IMG/VR virus record: IMGVR_UViG_3300037247_001786
Location: 224,001 to 288,000 of that record
DNA: 64,000 nucleotides
Strand: one strand, 5' to 3'
Origin: a virus
Taxonomy: Duplodnaviria > Caudoviricetes
Below are positions 8,803 through 19,331 of the stretch, piece by piece (within the stretch, counting starts at the first letter, position 1; each line of letters opens with the position of its first letter). The notes under the pieces were generated by a model, which searched no databases, was not told the DNA's origin, and saw nothing but the letters and a program-made list of their open reading frames with translations. Position numbers and translations under genes: made by a program.

Positions 8803-9716
8803 GAGTAATAGTTTTATACGGGTATATGTCTGATGGAGGACATAATAAGAAAAATCAGAAAATGATAGATGGTATTTTGACTTGCGGCTATAGAGAGTTT
8901 GCAAAAAATGCCGGTTGTATTATCTACCCTTGCATCCAATATAGGCTTAAAGAGTCTTGGGAGTATTCAATGCCTAATCCAGACGATATAGTCGATTTCT
9001 GTAATGATCATCCAGATGCTATTGTTTGGTCTGTGAAATATTCTCCAGAAAAGAATGAGATTCTGTCTCGAATAAAAAACTTTAAGATTCATTATCCATG
9101 CAATGCCAAAAACTCTATAAATTCATACTGTGATATCAATCTAGTGGATACAGAGCAGAGGATGACAAATGCTTCTTGTCGTCTATACTTAAAAGGGAAA
9201 GACCCTGACTTTTGGAAGCCAATAGAAGAGAAGAAGTTTGATTACCTTTTGATGGGAACAAGAGATGACAAGAACCAGAGCTATTTCATTAGGCAGCTAA
9301 ATTCTATTAAGCAGAAGAGGAAGATATTATGGATTGGAGGTAAAGGAAAGGTTAAAAAAACTATAAGAACTCATCATGAGGTTAGTTACACATCAGTTGG
9401 AGGTCCGGAATTTGTCAGTAAGAAAATAGGATTAGCAAAAATAGGAATATTGTATTCTGAGATTGCTAGTGAAGGCTTTCCTCAGTCATTTTTAGAGATG
9501 ACGATGTCCGGAGTCCCTGTAGTTTATGGAGGACCGTATAATCCTCTATACTTCTTTAAGGAAAACTCTTCCAGACCTAAAAAGAAGCATTTAATAATAG
9601 AAGCCGAAGATAGGTTAAAAAAATACAATGCTGATGTTAGTAAGGCTTGCCGAGCTTGTGCCGTTGATCATTATAGTATTGAAAAATCTATAGAAAGGAT
9701 GTGTTCATTTCGATGA
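8799..9716 (+). CDS. GT-B fold glycosyltransferase-like
   Basis: C-terminal SEGFPQSFLEMTMSGVPVV (E-x7-E); resembles 22341-23309; RBS GGAGGAG. Confidence 0.55.
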   Translation: MRVIVLYGYMSDGGHNKKNQKMIDGILTCGYREFAKNAGCIIYPCIQYRLKESWEYSMPNPDDIVDFCNDHPDAIVWSVKYSPEKNEILSRIKNFKIHYPCNAKNSINSYCDINLVDTEQRMTNASCRLYLKGKDPDFWKPIEEKKFDYLLMGTRDDKNQSYFIRQLNSIKQKRKILWIGGKGKVKKTIRTHHEVSYTSVGGPEFVSKKIGLAKIGILYSEIASEGFPQSFLEMTMSGVPVVYGGPYNPLYFFKENSSRPKKKHLIIEAEDRLKKYNADVSKACRACAVDHYSIEKSIERMCSFR

Positions 9717-10813
9717 AAAAAAGAATATTAATTGTAGCCACAATTTATAGATGTGGTCAAAAAATGTATCCAGTTATCCCTCTTCTTTGTCAGAAGTATG
9801 AGATTGATGTCCTTATGTTCAATCAGATGAGTGAGGATACTCCTTGGCATGGAGATAACGACCCAAGACTATTATTCTATAAGAAATGTGTAGAAGATGG
9901 GGCTACTGTCATGCAAGGTCCAAGTGCGGATTATATATCAAAGCATTATAAGGATTTATCTATTGTCTCAAAGATAGATTATGCGAAGTATAATATGATT
10001 CTATTGGATGATAATTTTGTCAAGGGAGGTTGGGGAACACCTCTTCTATGTAGAGAAGCTAGAAAACGAGGCATCATTGTTGTCGCGACTCCTCATGGCA
10101 ATCATGAGTTTGATAGATATGGCATTAAGGATAAACTAGGCGACATATTTGATTATTCCTTTGTTTTTGGAAAAAGAGAACAGCGAGAATTAATTGGTAA
10201 GCATAGAAGGAAGTTTCTTTTGCCTGGAGGAATCCCAGCTAACGATGTCCTCAAAAATTATAAGCGGACTAATGAGAACATTCTAATAGTTGTTAGCTAT
10301 GTAGACAAATTCAACTCTCGCAAAAAGAATCAAAACGGTTATTTACCTTTTACTGAAAAAACATTTTTAGATTTAGGTATTCCAGCCTTGCAGAAAAAGT
10401 ATGGACTAAATGTAATCATCAAAGAAAAAAGTAGATTCAAAAAGGGTTTAGATTACTCTCTGAAACATATGGAGAAATATGAGGGAGTTAAAGTTATTAT
10501 GGACCATCCAGATAACAATCAATTGATTGCTGAATCGGCTCTTCTTGTTTCGGCTCCATCGACATTATGTTTCAAGGCGATGCAGATAGGAATACCCACT
10601 GTATTGTTGAAACGGTATGGGATGACTGGCAATTTTAAGGGCTACGACGGTCTTATCGATATAGGCAAGGATGACATTAATGAGTCTATAGAGAGAGTCA
10701 TTAATAACGAGTATCCTGGTTTTATAGAAGATGTCCTTGAAGGCGGTAACGATTTTTCATCGACAGAGATATATGTAAAAACAATTAATGATATTTTGGG
10801 AGGAACTATATAA
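9713..10813 (+). CDS. Putative GT-B fold / capsule-biosynthesis-like transferase
   Basis: PHGN, GIPAND, LVSAPSTL..KAM..GIPTV pattern typical of GT-B C-terminal domains; inside the glycan island. Confidence 0.45.
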   Translation: MKKRILIVATIYRCGQKMYPVIPLLCQKYEIDVLMFNQMSEDTPWHGDNDPRLLFYKKCVEDGATVMQGPSADYISKHYKDLSIVSKIDYAKYNMILLDDNFVKGGWGTPLLCREARKRGIIVVATPHGNHEFDRYGIKDKLGDIFDYSFVFGKREQRELIGKHRRKFLLPGGIPANDVLKNYKRTNENILIVVSYVDKFNSRKKNQNGYLPFTEKTFLDLGIPALQKKYGLNVIIKEKSRFKKGLDYSLKHMEKYEGVKVIMDHPDNNQLIAESALLVSAPSTLCFKAMQIGIPTVLLKRYGMTGNFKGYDGLIDIGKDDINESIERVINNEYPGFIEDVLEGGNDFSSTEIYVKTINDILGGTI

Positions 10814-11769
10814 TGTTTGATTTTATAGTTTATGTTTCAAGCCGCAATAATTATGATATGTTAGAAAACGAAGTGATTAGAAATGTATTTTATCCAAATA
10901 TTATTTTTGTCAATGTAGATGATGGTTCCTGTGAAAAAGAGAAGTCAAAAGGCATGAGAATTTGCAAAGAGAACAACATTCCTTTTATAGAAAATGAAAA
11001 ACGAGGGTTACAGTGGGCTACAAAGTCTGTTGTTAATTACGCTAAGAAAAATCATCCGAATGTAAAATTTTTAATACATTTCCAGCATGATAACTATCCT
11101 ATGTTTATAGATTTTTATACAAAATTTCAGCGTTATATAGATAGTGGCTTTTTGGATGAATTTGGAACTATTGGATTTAATATTCTTGATATAGATGGAA
11201 GGAACACCAAAAAGTCTTACAAGTTAAAAAAGGATAAAGGGAAAGATGTCTTAGGCATGTGCGGCGTTGCTAATTTAGAGGAATCTAAAGCCGTATATTA
11301 TTGCAATAATCACATTTCTATGGATTGGAAAATATGGGGAAACCCTTTTGCGGTGGAATCTGTTATGTGGTGTTGTTTAGCAATTAATATAGAACTTTTT
11401 GAGAAATATATAGACGTTACGGACAAATACCATTTGCATTTATGGGGAGCGGATATATGTTATCAATTCTGCAAAAATAATATATATAACGTTGCTCTTC
11501 CTGATCTTTACGTTACGAATCATATGGCGTTGAAATCTAAATACGATATATCATCTAATTCAGCCAAAGGCTCTAAGGGTGGCGATGAATATCATTTTGG
11601 GCATAACAACCATCATAGTATCTTTAGAGAAAGATTTGGTTTTTGTTGGAAAGATTCTAGGAAGACTTTCGCAAAGGTTAAAAACGAGTACAAAGAAACG
11701 CTGTTGTATAAGTTTTTTAACCATAATATAAAAAATGGACCTCTCAAGACATGGGATATGCAGTTATGA
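10813..11769 (+). CDS. GT2-like glycosyltransferase
   Basis: VNVDDGS, FQHDNY, WGADIC. Confidence 0.55.
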   Translation: MFDFIVYVSSRNNYDMLENEVIRNVFYPNIIFVNVDDGSCEKEKSKGMRICKENNIPFIENEKRGLQWATKSVVNYAKKNHPNVKFLIHFQHDNYPMFIDFYTKFQRYIDSGFLDEFGTIGFNILDIDGRNTKKSYKLKKDKGKDVLGMCGVANLEESKAVYYCNNHISMDWKIWGNPFAVESVMWCCLAINIELFEKYIDVTDKYHLHLWGADICYQFCKNNIYNVALPDLYVTNHMALKSKYDISSNSAKGSKGGDEYHFGHNNHHSIFRERFGFCWKDSRKTFAKVKNEYKETLLYKFFNHNIKNGPLKTWDMQL

Positions 11770-12761
11770 AAATTGTAATCATCATTGGGACGAGACCCCA
11801 GTACATAAAGATAAAACCTCTTTATGACTATTTAAAAAATAATAATATTGACAGTTATTTAATTGATACAAACCAGCATTATTCAGACAGTGTCTCAAAG
11901 AACATCATAGAGGGTTTAGATTTAGAGATAGACCAGAATCTTCAAATCAAATCAGGTGACGAGATGTCTTTTTTATCAGATGCCCTCACATCTATTTCTG
12001 AGGCATTGCAATCTGTATGCGATGAAGGAGACGTAGTTGTAGTTATCGGCGATACAAATAGCACTCTCGTCTCTTCTATCGTAGCTAAAAAACTAGGGCT
12101 AAGATTAGCTCATATCGAAGCTGGTATTAGATGTAACGATAGATCTCGCCCAGAAGAACTAAACAGGATAGTTGTCGATAGCTTATCGGATGTCCATTTT
12201 ATTTCTAGAAAAAGAGATTCTTCAAATGTTTCAAATCCTATTTATGTCGGAGATTTAGAGTACAGTTTTTTATACAGTATAGAGCATAAATATAACGACA
12301 TTACATATGATGGAGATATATTACTAACTATCCACAGGCAAGAGAATATGAATGTATCAGTTTTATATAATATTTTCGAATACTGCCATTCATTAGAACA
12401 GCCGATACTCTTTCCAATGCATCATAGATCCAATAATTTTATCAAAGCCAACGGTATTAATATCCCGAATAATATCAAGATTATTGAGCCTTTGGAATAT
12501 TTCGATATGATACAAGTTATGAGAAATTGCAAAGGAATCATCACGGATAGCGGTGGAGTTTCTAAGACTTCTCCTTTTTTTGGAAAGAAATGTATCATAC
12601 CTCTTAAAAAAATAGAATGGTCCGAAATAATTGATGCTGGCTACGCTACAAACGAATTAAAAACAGGCTGGTTTGACGATTGTAAGATAGACAGAGATAT
12701 GAATTTTTATTACGCAGAAGATAGTTGTAAGACTATCTTGAAGGGATTATATGGAAAGTAA
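11766..12761 (+). CDS. Non-hydrolysing UDP-N-acetylhexosamine 2-epimerase (WecB/WbpI-like)
   Basis: IIGTRPQYIK, DTNQHY, GDTNSTL, AHIEAGIR, PEELNR, TDSGG. Confidence 0.85.
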   Translation: MKIVIIIGTRPQYIKIKPLYDYLKNNNIDSYLIDTNQHYSDSVSKNIIEGLDLEIDQNLQIKSGDEMSFLSDALTSISEALQSVCDEGDVVVVIGDTNSTLVSSIVAKKLGLRLAHIEAGIRCNDRSRPEELNRIVVDSLSDVHFISRKRDSSNVSNPIYVGDLEYSFLYSIEHKYNDITYDGDILLTIHRQENMNVSVLYNIFEYCHSLEQPILFPMHHRSNNFIKANGINIPNNIKIIEPLEYFDMIQVMRNCKGIITDSGGVSKTSPFFGKKCIIPLKKIEWSEIIDAGYATNELKTGWFDDCKIDRDMNFYYAEDSCKTILKGLYGK

Positions 12762-13308
12762 GTTTTTCGTACATGAATCATCATATATTGATGGAGAACC
12801 TAATATTGGAAAGGGTACGTTGATATGGCATTTTTCGCATGTACAAGAAGGAGCTATAATAGGAAAGAATTGTACTATCGGTCAAAATGTGAATATCGCT
12901 TCTGGTGCCATCATCGGGGATAACGTAAAGATACAGAACAACGTTAGCGTTTATGACGGAGTTATTATTGAGGATGATGTATTTATCGGACCTTCAGTTG
13001 TCTTTACTAATGTTATTAATCCTAGAGCTTTTGTTCAGAGGAAAGACGAGTTTAAGAAAACGATTGTTAGAAAAGGGTCTTCGATAGGAGCTAATGCTAC
13101 GATTGTATGCGGTTTAAATATTGGGGAATATGCCCTAGTGGGGGCCGGTTCGGTAGTAACTAAAAACGTCATGAGTAATGAGGTTGTTGTAGGGGTTCCC
13201 GCCTTAGTTATAGGTAGGATATGTGCTTGTGGTAATCTTATTAAGAAGAATAGAGAGAATACTATGGTGGTATTTGAATGTAGTCGCTGTAATGAAAAGA
13301 TTCATTAA
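12751..13308 (+). CDS. wbpD: UDP-2-acetamido-3-amino-2,3-dideoxyglucuronate N-acetyltransferase-like (hexapeptide repeat)
   Basis: HESSYID..IG.GT.IWHFSHV, KIQNNVSVYDGV, GPSVVFTNVINPRAF, GANATIVCG. Confidence 0.85.
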   Translation: MESKFFVHESSYIDGEPNIGKGTLIWHFSHVQEGAIIGKNCTIGQNVNIASGAIIGDNVKIQNNVSVYDGVIIEDDVFIGPSVVFTNVINPRAFVQRKDEFKKTIVRKGSSIGANATIVCGLNIGEYALVGAGSVVTKNVMSNEVVVGVPALVIGRICACGNLIKKNRENTMVVFECSRCNEKIH

Positions 13309-13328
13309 GATGTTCATAAGGAGAATTA

Positions 13329-14264
13329 ATGAAGAAGTTTGCTTTGATAGGAGCTGCTGGATATATAGCTCCGAGGCATATGGATGCCATAAAAAAGACT
13401 GATAATATATTAGTCGCTGCTATAGATAAGAACGATTCCGTTGGAATCATAGACTCTTATTTTCCAACCTCAAGTTTTTTTACCGAGTTCGAGAGATTCG
13501 ATAGGTATATCGAGAAGATGAATCTTACAGACCCCGTGGATTACGTTTCTATCTGTTCTCCTAACTATCTACATGACGCACATGTCAGATTTGGTTTGAG
13601 GGTAGGAGCGAATGTTATTTGTGAGAAGCCTTTAGTTATTAATCCTCGCAATTTAGATTCTTTGGAAAAGATAGAGGAGATGTCTGATGGTAACGTTAAT
13701 TGTATATTGCAACTAAGGCTAAGCGAGGCATTTAAACAGATAAAAGAAAAAGTAGATAATGCTGATGATATTCTAGATATTGATGTTACTTATATTACTT
13801 CAAGAGGACAATGGTACACTTATTCTTGGAAGGGGGATGACCAGAAGTCAGGTGGAGTCATTTACAATATTGGGATACATCTCATTGATATGCTATGTTA
13901 CGCATTAGGGGAACCAATCCAAAATATCGTTCATCTTAACGAGAGTCGTAAGTCTGCTGGGTATATGGAATTTAAAAAAGCTAGAGTTAGATGGTTTTTA
14001 TCAATTCAAAATAGCGATATTCCAGAAGATATTAAAGACAGTACTACATATCGTTCGATTACTATAAATGGAGAAGCTATAGATATGTCTTTCGGTTTCC
14101 AGGATTTGCATGTCAAGGCTTATAAAAAGATATTGGATGGAGAAGGATTTAGTATGTCAGATGCTAGAACGGCTTTACAAGTTGCTTATGATATTAAAAA
14201 TTCAACTCAAGTTGGAATTAAGGGCGATTATCATCCATTACTATTAGACTTAAAATTTAGATAA
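13329..14264 (+). CDS. wbpB: UDP-GlcNAcA 3-dehydrogenase, Gfo/Idh/MocA family
   Basis: FALIGAAGYIAPRHM.AIK, SICSPNYLHDAH, ICEKP, YITSRG.WY..SWKGD..KSGG...NIGIH, RARVRWFLSI. Confidence 0.9.
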   Translation: MKKFALIGAAGYIAPRHMDAIKKTDNILVAAIDKNDSVGIIDSYFPTSSFFTEFERFDRYIEKMNLTDPVDYVSICSPNYLHDAHVRFGLRVGANVICEKPLVINPRNLDSLEKIEEMSDGNVNCILQLRLSEAFKQIKEKVDNADDILDIDVTYITSRGQWYTYSWKGDDQKSGGVIYNIGIHLIDMLCYALGEPIQNIVHLNESRKSAGYMEFKKARVRWFLSIQNSDIPEDIKDSTTYRSITINGEAIDMSFGFQDLHVKAYKKILDGEGFSMSDARTALQVAYDIKNSTQVGIKGDYHPLLLDLKFR

Positions 14265-14274
14265 GGGACATTTT

Positions 14275-15243
14275 ATGAATATTCTACTCACAGGCGTCGC
14301 AGGCTCGATAGGTTCATTTCTTTTGGATTCTCTTTTAGAGAGAGGGCATACCGTAGTTGGCATTGATAATTTAATATATGGGCGTATGGATAATATCAGC
14401 CACAATCTATCCAATGATAATTTTACCTTTATAGACGGAGATATAACAGAATATGATTTTTTTTCAATGGAACAAAAGTTTGATTGCATTTGCCATCTAG
14501 CGGCTTTAAAGAAAATAGGCAATATGTCAAATTGGAAGAGAACAGATTTAATCAGAAACAATTTTGCTATTCAGCGGTTGTTAAGATTAGCTGTAGAACA
14601 AGATTGTAAGTTTGTCTTCTCATCTACTTCTGATGTCTATGGAACATCAGAAGATTTACCTTTTAGAGAAGATGGAGATTTGAAAATTGGACCGTCTGAT
14701 GTAGAGAGGTGGGATTACGCCGCTTCAAAACTTTTCGATGAACACGTATGTTTTTCTTATGCCGATGATTACGATATCGATTTAGTTGTCATTCGATATT
14801 TTGGTGCTTATAGCGATAGATCTAAATGGCAGTACGGAGAGCATATACCGTTGTTTATCAAGAGGGCAATGGAAGGAGAAGAGATAACTGTTCATGGAGA
14901 TGGATTACATACCAGGAGCATGTGCCATATAGATGATGCGATAATAGGGACGATACAGTCTATTGAATTAGAATCCGCTAATGGACATATTATTAATATC
15001 GGTTCAAATGAAGAAATGACCATATTAGAACATGCTAAAACTATATGGAGAATTGTTAACGGAAATGAAGAGCCTAATATAAAATTTATTCCAATGAAAG
15101 AAGTTTTTGGTAAATATAGAGAGATACAAAGAAGAGTTCCTGACTTAACAAAAGCTAAAAAACTTTTGGATTATGAACCTAAAATTTTATTTGAAGATGG
15201 CATAGCAGATGTCGTTGCAAAGATTAGGAGAAAAAATGATTAA
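14275..15243 (+). CDS. NAD-dependent epimerase/dehydratase (extended SDR; UDP-glucuronate decarboxylase/ArnA-like)
   Basis: TGVAGSIG, HLAA, SSTSDVYG, YAASK (YxxxK), GDGLHTRS. Confidence 0.85.
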   Translation: MNILLTGVAGSIGSFLLDSLLERGHTVVGIDNLIYGRMDNISHNLSNDNFTFIDGDITEYDFFSMEQKFDCICHLAALKKIGNMSNWKRTDLIRNNFAIQRLLRLAVEQDCKFVFSSTSDVYGTSEDLPFREDGDLKIGPSDVERWDYAASKLFDEHVCFSYADDYDIDLVVIRYFGAYSDRSKWQYGEHIPLFIKRAMEGEEITVHGDGLHTRSMCHIDDAIIGTIQSIELESANGHIINIGSNEEMTILEHAKTIWRIVNGNEEPNIKFIPMKEVFGKYREIQRRVPDLTKAKKLLDYEPKILFEDGIADVVAKIRRKND

Positions 15244-16882
15244 CGGTAAAAAAGTTTTAGCCATTACTTTAGCCAGAGGCGGCTCTACGAAAATAAAAAA
15301 GAAAAATATCGTAGACATTAATGGAAAACCGTTGTTGCAATACACAACTGATGAGGTTAAGAAAAGCAAGTATATAGACAATTATGCTGTTTCGACTGAT
15401 GATAAAGAAATAGCTCATGTCTGTACGGAAATGGACGTTCCTTATTATTGGCGTAATAATGAAAATGCAACAGACATAGCTAAGTCTTCCGATGCGTTGA
15501 TTGAGGTAGTAAATTATTTCGGCGGCAAGTATGATTATATCGTAGAAGTTATGTGTACTAACCCTTTAAAAACCGTTGAAGACATAGACGGATGTATAGA
15601 GAGAATAGAAGAGGCAGGAGGAGATTCAGTAGTTTCTGTTGTTAGAATATACGACCATCATCCAGCAAGATTAAAATATCTTGATGAACATAATGTCATG
15701 CAGGACTTTGTACCTGAAATTTTAGAGAGCAGAAGGCAAGACTTAACGCCTCCAGCGTATATCAGAAATGGCTCTATCTATGTAATGACTAAAAATTTTC
15801 TACTGACAGAAAAAAGTAGATACAATAAATCAAGTCAGGCTTACATAATGTCAGAGGATAACACTATTAATATTGACGAGAAGAGAGACTTGCTAATTGC
15901 CAAGTATATACTTCAAGAGAGGAACGGATTGAAAGTTCTATGCATTACACCTGTGTCCCACATCGAGGGACTAGTAGACATGCTTGAGCAATGCGGAGAT
16001 GTGACCTATAAGGTTGATATCGACAGGCAGGGGGCAAGAGATAGCCTATTAAGGGACAAGTATAATGTTATCTATACGAATCCTAACAAGATGACGTTTA
16101 GGATAGATGAAGAGTTATTAAAAGGGACTTCTGTAGAAATAGTTTGCACGGCATCTACTGGGACTAATCATATAGATATGAATTATTGTGAGAAAAATAA
16201 TATTGAAGTTATTTCACTTACAGTCGATTATGAAATAATCGAAAAAATAACGTCTACCGCTGAGATGGCTTTTACACTAATGTTATCTCTTATCAGGAAC
16301 CTTCCAAAAGCGGTGGATGGAGTTAAGAAATATGATTGGAATTATGAGAACTATATAGGGCGACAGCTAAATTGTTTAGATGTAGGAATTATTGGATACG
16401 GAAGGCTCGGCAAACATTATGCTAGATTCTGTGAGCCATTTTTTAGAAATATATTTATCACTGACCCTTATAAAAAAGTAGACGATAAGTATTATCAGAC
16501 TGATTTCGACCATTTACTAAAAGAATCAGATGTGGTTGTCTTGCATGTTCATTTGAATGATGATACTTATCATATGATTAACGAAACGACTATAAGTAAA
16601 ATGAAAAATGGTGCTTATTTGGTTAATACGTCAAGAGGAGACATTGTTGATGAAGAGGCTGTTATTGATGCTATTAAATCTGGCAAGCTAAAAGGGTACG
16701 CAACCGATGTAATTTCCGATGAACTATGTGAAGGCTTGGAAAACAGTAGTTTAATAAAGGCTATGAAAGAAGGGCATAATATTATAATTAGCCCTCATAT
16801 TGCTGGCATGACGAAAGAAGCACAAGAATTAGCTTATCGTAGGGTTGCCACAAGGTTATTGGAGAAAATAAATGAAAAATAA
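15236..16882 (+). CDS. neuA: CMP-nonulosonate synthetase (NeuA-like) fused to a D-2-hydroxyacid dehydrogenase
   Basis: N-terminal LARGGSTKIKKKN, RNGSIY, NIDEKRD; C-terminal TASTGTNHID, GIIGYGRLG, LVNTSRG, ISPHIAG. Confidence 0.85.
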   Translation: MINGKKVLAITLARGGSTKIKKKNIVDINGKPLLQYTTDEVKKSKYIDNYAVSTDDKEIAHVCTEMDVPYYWRNNENATDIAKSSDALIEVVNYFGGKYDYIVEVMCTNPLKTVEDIDGCIERIEEAGGDSVVSVVRIYDHHPARLKYLDEHNVMQDFVPEILESRRQDLTPPAYIRNGSIYVMTKNFLLTEKSRYNKSSQAYIMSEDNTINIDEKRDLLIAKYILQERNGLKVLCITPVSHIEGLVDMLEQCGDVTYKVDIDRQGARDSLLRDKYNVIYTNPNKMTFRIDEELLKGTSVEIVCTASTGTNHIDMNYCEKNNIEVISLTVDYEIIEKITSTAEMAFTLMLSLIRNLPKAVDGVKKYDWNYENYIGRQLNCLDVGIIGYGRLGKHYARFCEPFFRNIFITDPYKKVDDKYYQTDFDHLLKESDVVVLHVHLNDDTYHMINETTISKMKNGAYLVNTSRGDIVDEEAVIDAIKSGKLKGYATDVISDELCEGLENSSLIKAMKEGHNIIISPHIAGMTKEAQELAYRRVATRLLEKINEK

Positions 16883-17636
16883 TATTTTATTTTGTTCGGC
16901 GACTGCCAATGACAGATTTGAAGAAGCTTTATGCATGTTTACTACGATAAAAGATATTTATCCTGAAGCGAAGTGTCATTTTGATGCCATCTTTTTTACA
17001 GACGAACAGGTTAAATACTTTGAAGATTTAGGGGTTATCGTTAAAAGGTTTGATACTAAAGAAGATTTGCCTCTGTTATTCAGTGGAACTAAGGATGCTC
17101 GAAGGTCCATAAGTCAGAAAGAAATGGAGACTATAGGTTATAGGGCTAATACGGAATGGAATTTGATGTATGCCTCTTGGAGGTTATATATGTTGCCTAG
17201 AATTATGAAGGAATATGACGCTCCAATTATGTGGTTAGATACAGACTGTATGGTCAGAAAAAATATAGATGAATTTTTAAATAAATCTTTGAATTATGAT
17301 TTTTCTGTCAATTTAAGAAATAAATTAGAAGAGAGAAGGCAATTATTGTCAGCAGTCTTTGTCGTGAATAATACCCCTAAAGGGAAAAAATGTCTTGAGT
17401 TAATGCCTCAAATATATCTAGAGCTTTTTGAAAAAGCTATATGGTGGGCCGACCCCTGGAGTATTAATGCATCAAGAATAAGAAGCAAATGTGAAACTTG
17501 GAATTTTAGTTATGGAAAATATGCTGATAATTTTCTTAGGGGGAAATCCTCTATTTGGCACGCGAAGGCGGCGGGAGTGACAAAAAAAGTTTGGATTAAT
17601 GAAACAAAAAGATTTTTAAAAAGATATAAATTATAG
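16872..17636 (+). CDS. GT-A fold transferase-like protein
   Basis: IMWLDTD DxD motif, SAVFVV, WADP, IWHAK; similar layout to the 2455/3065 pair. Confidence 0.5.
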   Translation: MKNNILFCSATANDRFEEALCMFTTIKDIYPEAKCHFDAIFFTDEQVKYFEDLGVIVKRFDTKEDLPLLFSGTKDARRSISQKEMETIGYRANTEWNLMYASWRLYMLPRIMKEYDAPIMWLDTDCMVRKNIDEFLNKSLNYDFSVNLRNKLEERRQLLSAVFVVNNTPKGKKCLELMPQIYLELFEKAIWWADPWSINASRIRSKCETWNFSYGKYADNFLRGKSSIWHAKAAGVTKKVWINETKRFLKRYKL

Positions 17637-17647
17637 GAGATTATAGT

Positions 17648-18436
17648 ATGGCAAAATTAATTGCAGAATTAGGATGGAATCACATGGGCGATATTTCAAT
17701 TGGTAAAGAAATGATATCCGCTGCTAAAGAGGCTGGAGCAGATTATGCAAAGTTTCAAACTTGGAAAGTCGAAAGGCTTATTGATGGTCCTTGGGATCAT
17801 GATGGTCGCCGACAAATTTACGAAAAAGCTGAATTAACAAGAGAGAAGCATCAAATTTTTAAAGACTATTGCGATTCAATTGGGATTAAGTTTTTAACTT
17901 CATGTTTTTGTATTAAAGATTTAGATATGGTTAGAGAGTTCTGCGACGAGGTTAAGATACCTAGTCCGGAAGGGTATAGCACAGATCTAATTAGTCAAGC
18001 TATTAAAAAGTTTGACCATGTTTATCTGTCAACAGGAGCTTCTTATGTAGATGAGTATATCCATCGATGGACATATGAGAATCTAACTTTATTGCATTGC
18101 GTTTCTTCTTATCCTTGTAGTATAGAAAATATAAATCTACCTAAATTAAAATTTTTACAAAGCGTCAGCCCTAGAGTGGGATATAGCGGTCATTATCAAG
18201 GGACATATGATGCCATAGCCGCTATTAGTTTAGGAGCTACTGTTATCGAGAAACATTTTACTATTGACCACGATTTGCCAGGTAGGGATAACAAATTCGC
18301 GTTATTGCCTGATCAATTTAAAGAAATTAGCGATTTTAATAAAGTTTTTTCTAGCATGGATATGAATAGGGGTTTGGGTATTCAAGATTGCGAAAATGAT
18401 TATAGAACTTATCAAAAAGGAAGATGGGGGGTATAG
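17648..18436 (+). CDS. neuB: N-acetylneuraminate (nonulosonate) synthase, short form without C-terminal SAF domain
   Basis: IAELGWNHMG, AGADYAKFQT, LSTG, LLHCVSSYP, GYSGH, IEKHFT. Confidence 0.9.
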   Translation: MAKLIAELGWNHMGDISIGKEMISAAKEAGADYAKFQTWKVERLIDGPWDHDGRRQIYEKAELTREKHQIFKDYCDSIGIKFLTSCFCIKDLDMVREFCDEVKIPSPEGYSTDLISQAIKKFDHVYLSTGASYVDEYIHRWTYENLTLLHCVSSYPCSIENINLPKLKFLQSVSPRVGYSGHYQGTYDAIAAISLGATVIEKHFTIDHDLPGRDNKFALLPDQFKEISDFNKVFSSMDMNRGLGIQDCENDYRTYQKGRWGV

Positions 18437-19323
18437 TGAATAAGATTTATATATCAGCTTTGTCTCGCGGAGGCTCTAATGTTATTGCGGCATTACTTCA
18501 TAACCATGAAGAGTTATATACTGTTGCTAGAAGAGATTGGAGTCAATTCAGGAATAAGGGTTCGATTAATATTCCTAAACTTTCGGAGCATTTGTCTAAA
18601 ACTAAGAAGTCTATATATTATCGAGGAGGCTTTCAGAAAGACTTATCTAAAGTAAAATATTTTGTTTTTGACAAGTACCTTGAAAAGGATTTTGATTTTA
18701 AATGCCCAGAAAAAGACTTAGTTTTGACTGTCGTCAGAAATCCTTTTGCTATCGTAAATTCGATGGATAATTTCGGAAAGAAATATGATTTTAAGGCTTG
18801 GAGACAGAATAAGAAGACCATAAATAAGATTATAGGATTTCGTTTTGTAGAGATGATTAAGAATTGCAGGGGGAGGAATAAAATAACTATACAATTTGAA
18901 GATTTGATTAAGGACTACAATAAGGTTCTTGCTGATGTTCATACTGGTATAGGGGTTCCTTATATCCCCCACACATCGTTCGAAGAAGTCTTTGCGAACA
19001 ATGGTTGTATATATTGCGGTGGGAAGTTTAAAGTAGAGGAGACGGATTGCTCAGATGCTTCAACCGTTCTTGTGGAAAGGAATCTAAAATTTGCACCGAG
19101 ACTTCATTTTTGTTGTGAAAATGATAATGCTTTTACTTTAGGGTATGGAGGGTTTAATCCCTGTCAAGAGATATCTGAGCCTAAAGGTTGGAGAGATAGC
19201 ATGACTGAGAGTAATTACGAATGCGTCTATTCTCATATTTCCGACAAACTAGGAGAGGATATCGCTAAGAAATTTTCGGATAATAATGTTACACTGAATG
19301 ATATATTAAACATAGAGGTCTAA
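18424..19323 (+). CDS. Sulfotransferase-family protein
   Basis: SRGGSN PAPS-binding-like loop followed by LLHNH, VRNPFAIVNS, IQFEDL. Confidence 0.55.
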   Translation: MGGIVNKIYISALSRGGSNVIAALLHNHEELYTVARRDWSQFRNKGSINIPKLSEHLSKTKKSIYYRGGFQKDLSKVKYFVFDKYLEKDFDFKCPEKDLVLTVVRNPFAIVNSMDNFGKKYDFKAWRQNKKTINKIIGFRFVEMIKNCRGRNKITIQFEDLIKDYNKVLADVHTGIGVPYIPHTSFEEVFANNGCIYCGGKFKVEETDCSDASTVLVERNLKFAPRLHFCCENDNAFTLGYGGFNPCQEISEPKGWRDSMTESNYECVYSHISDKLGEDIAKKFSDNNVTLNDILNIEV

Positions 19324-19331
19324 GAACTTTA

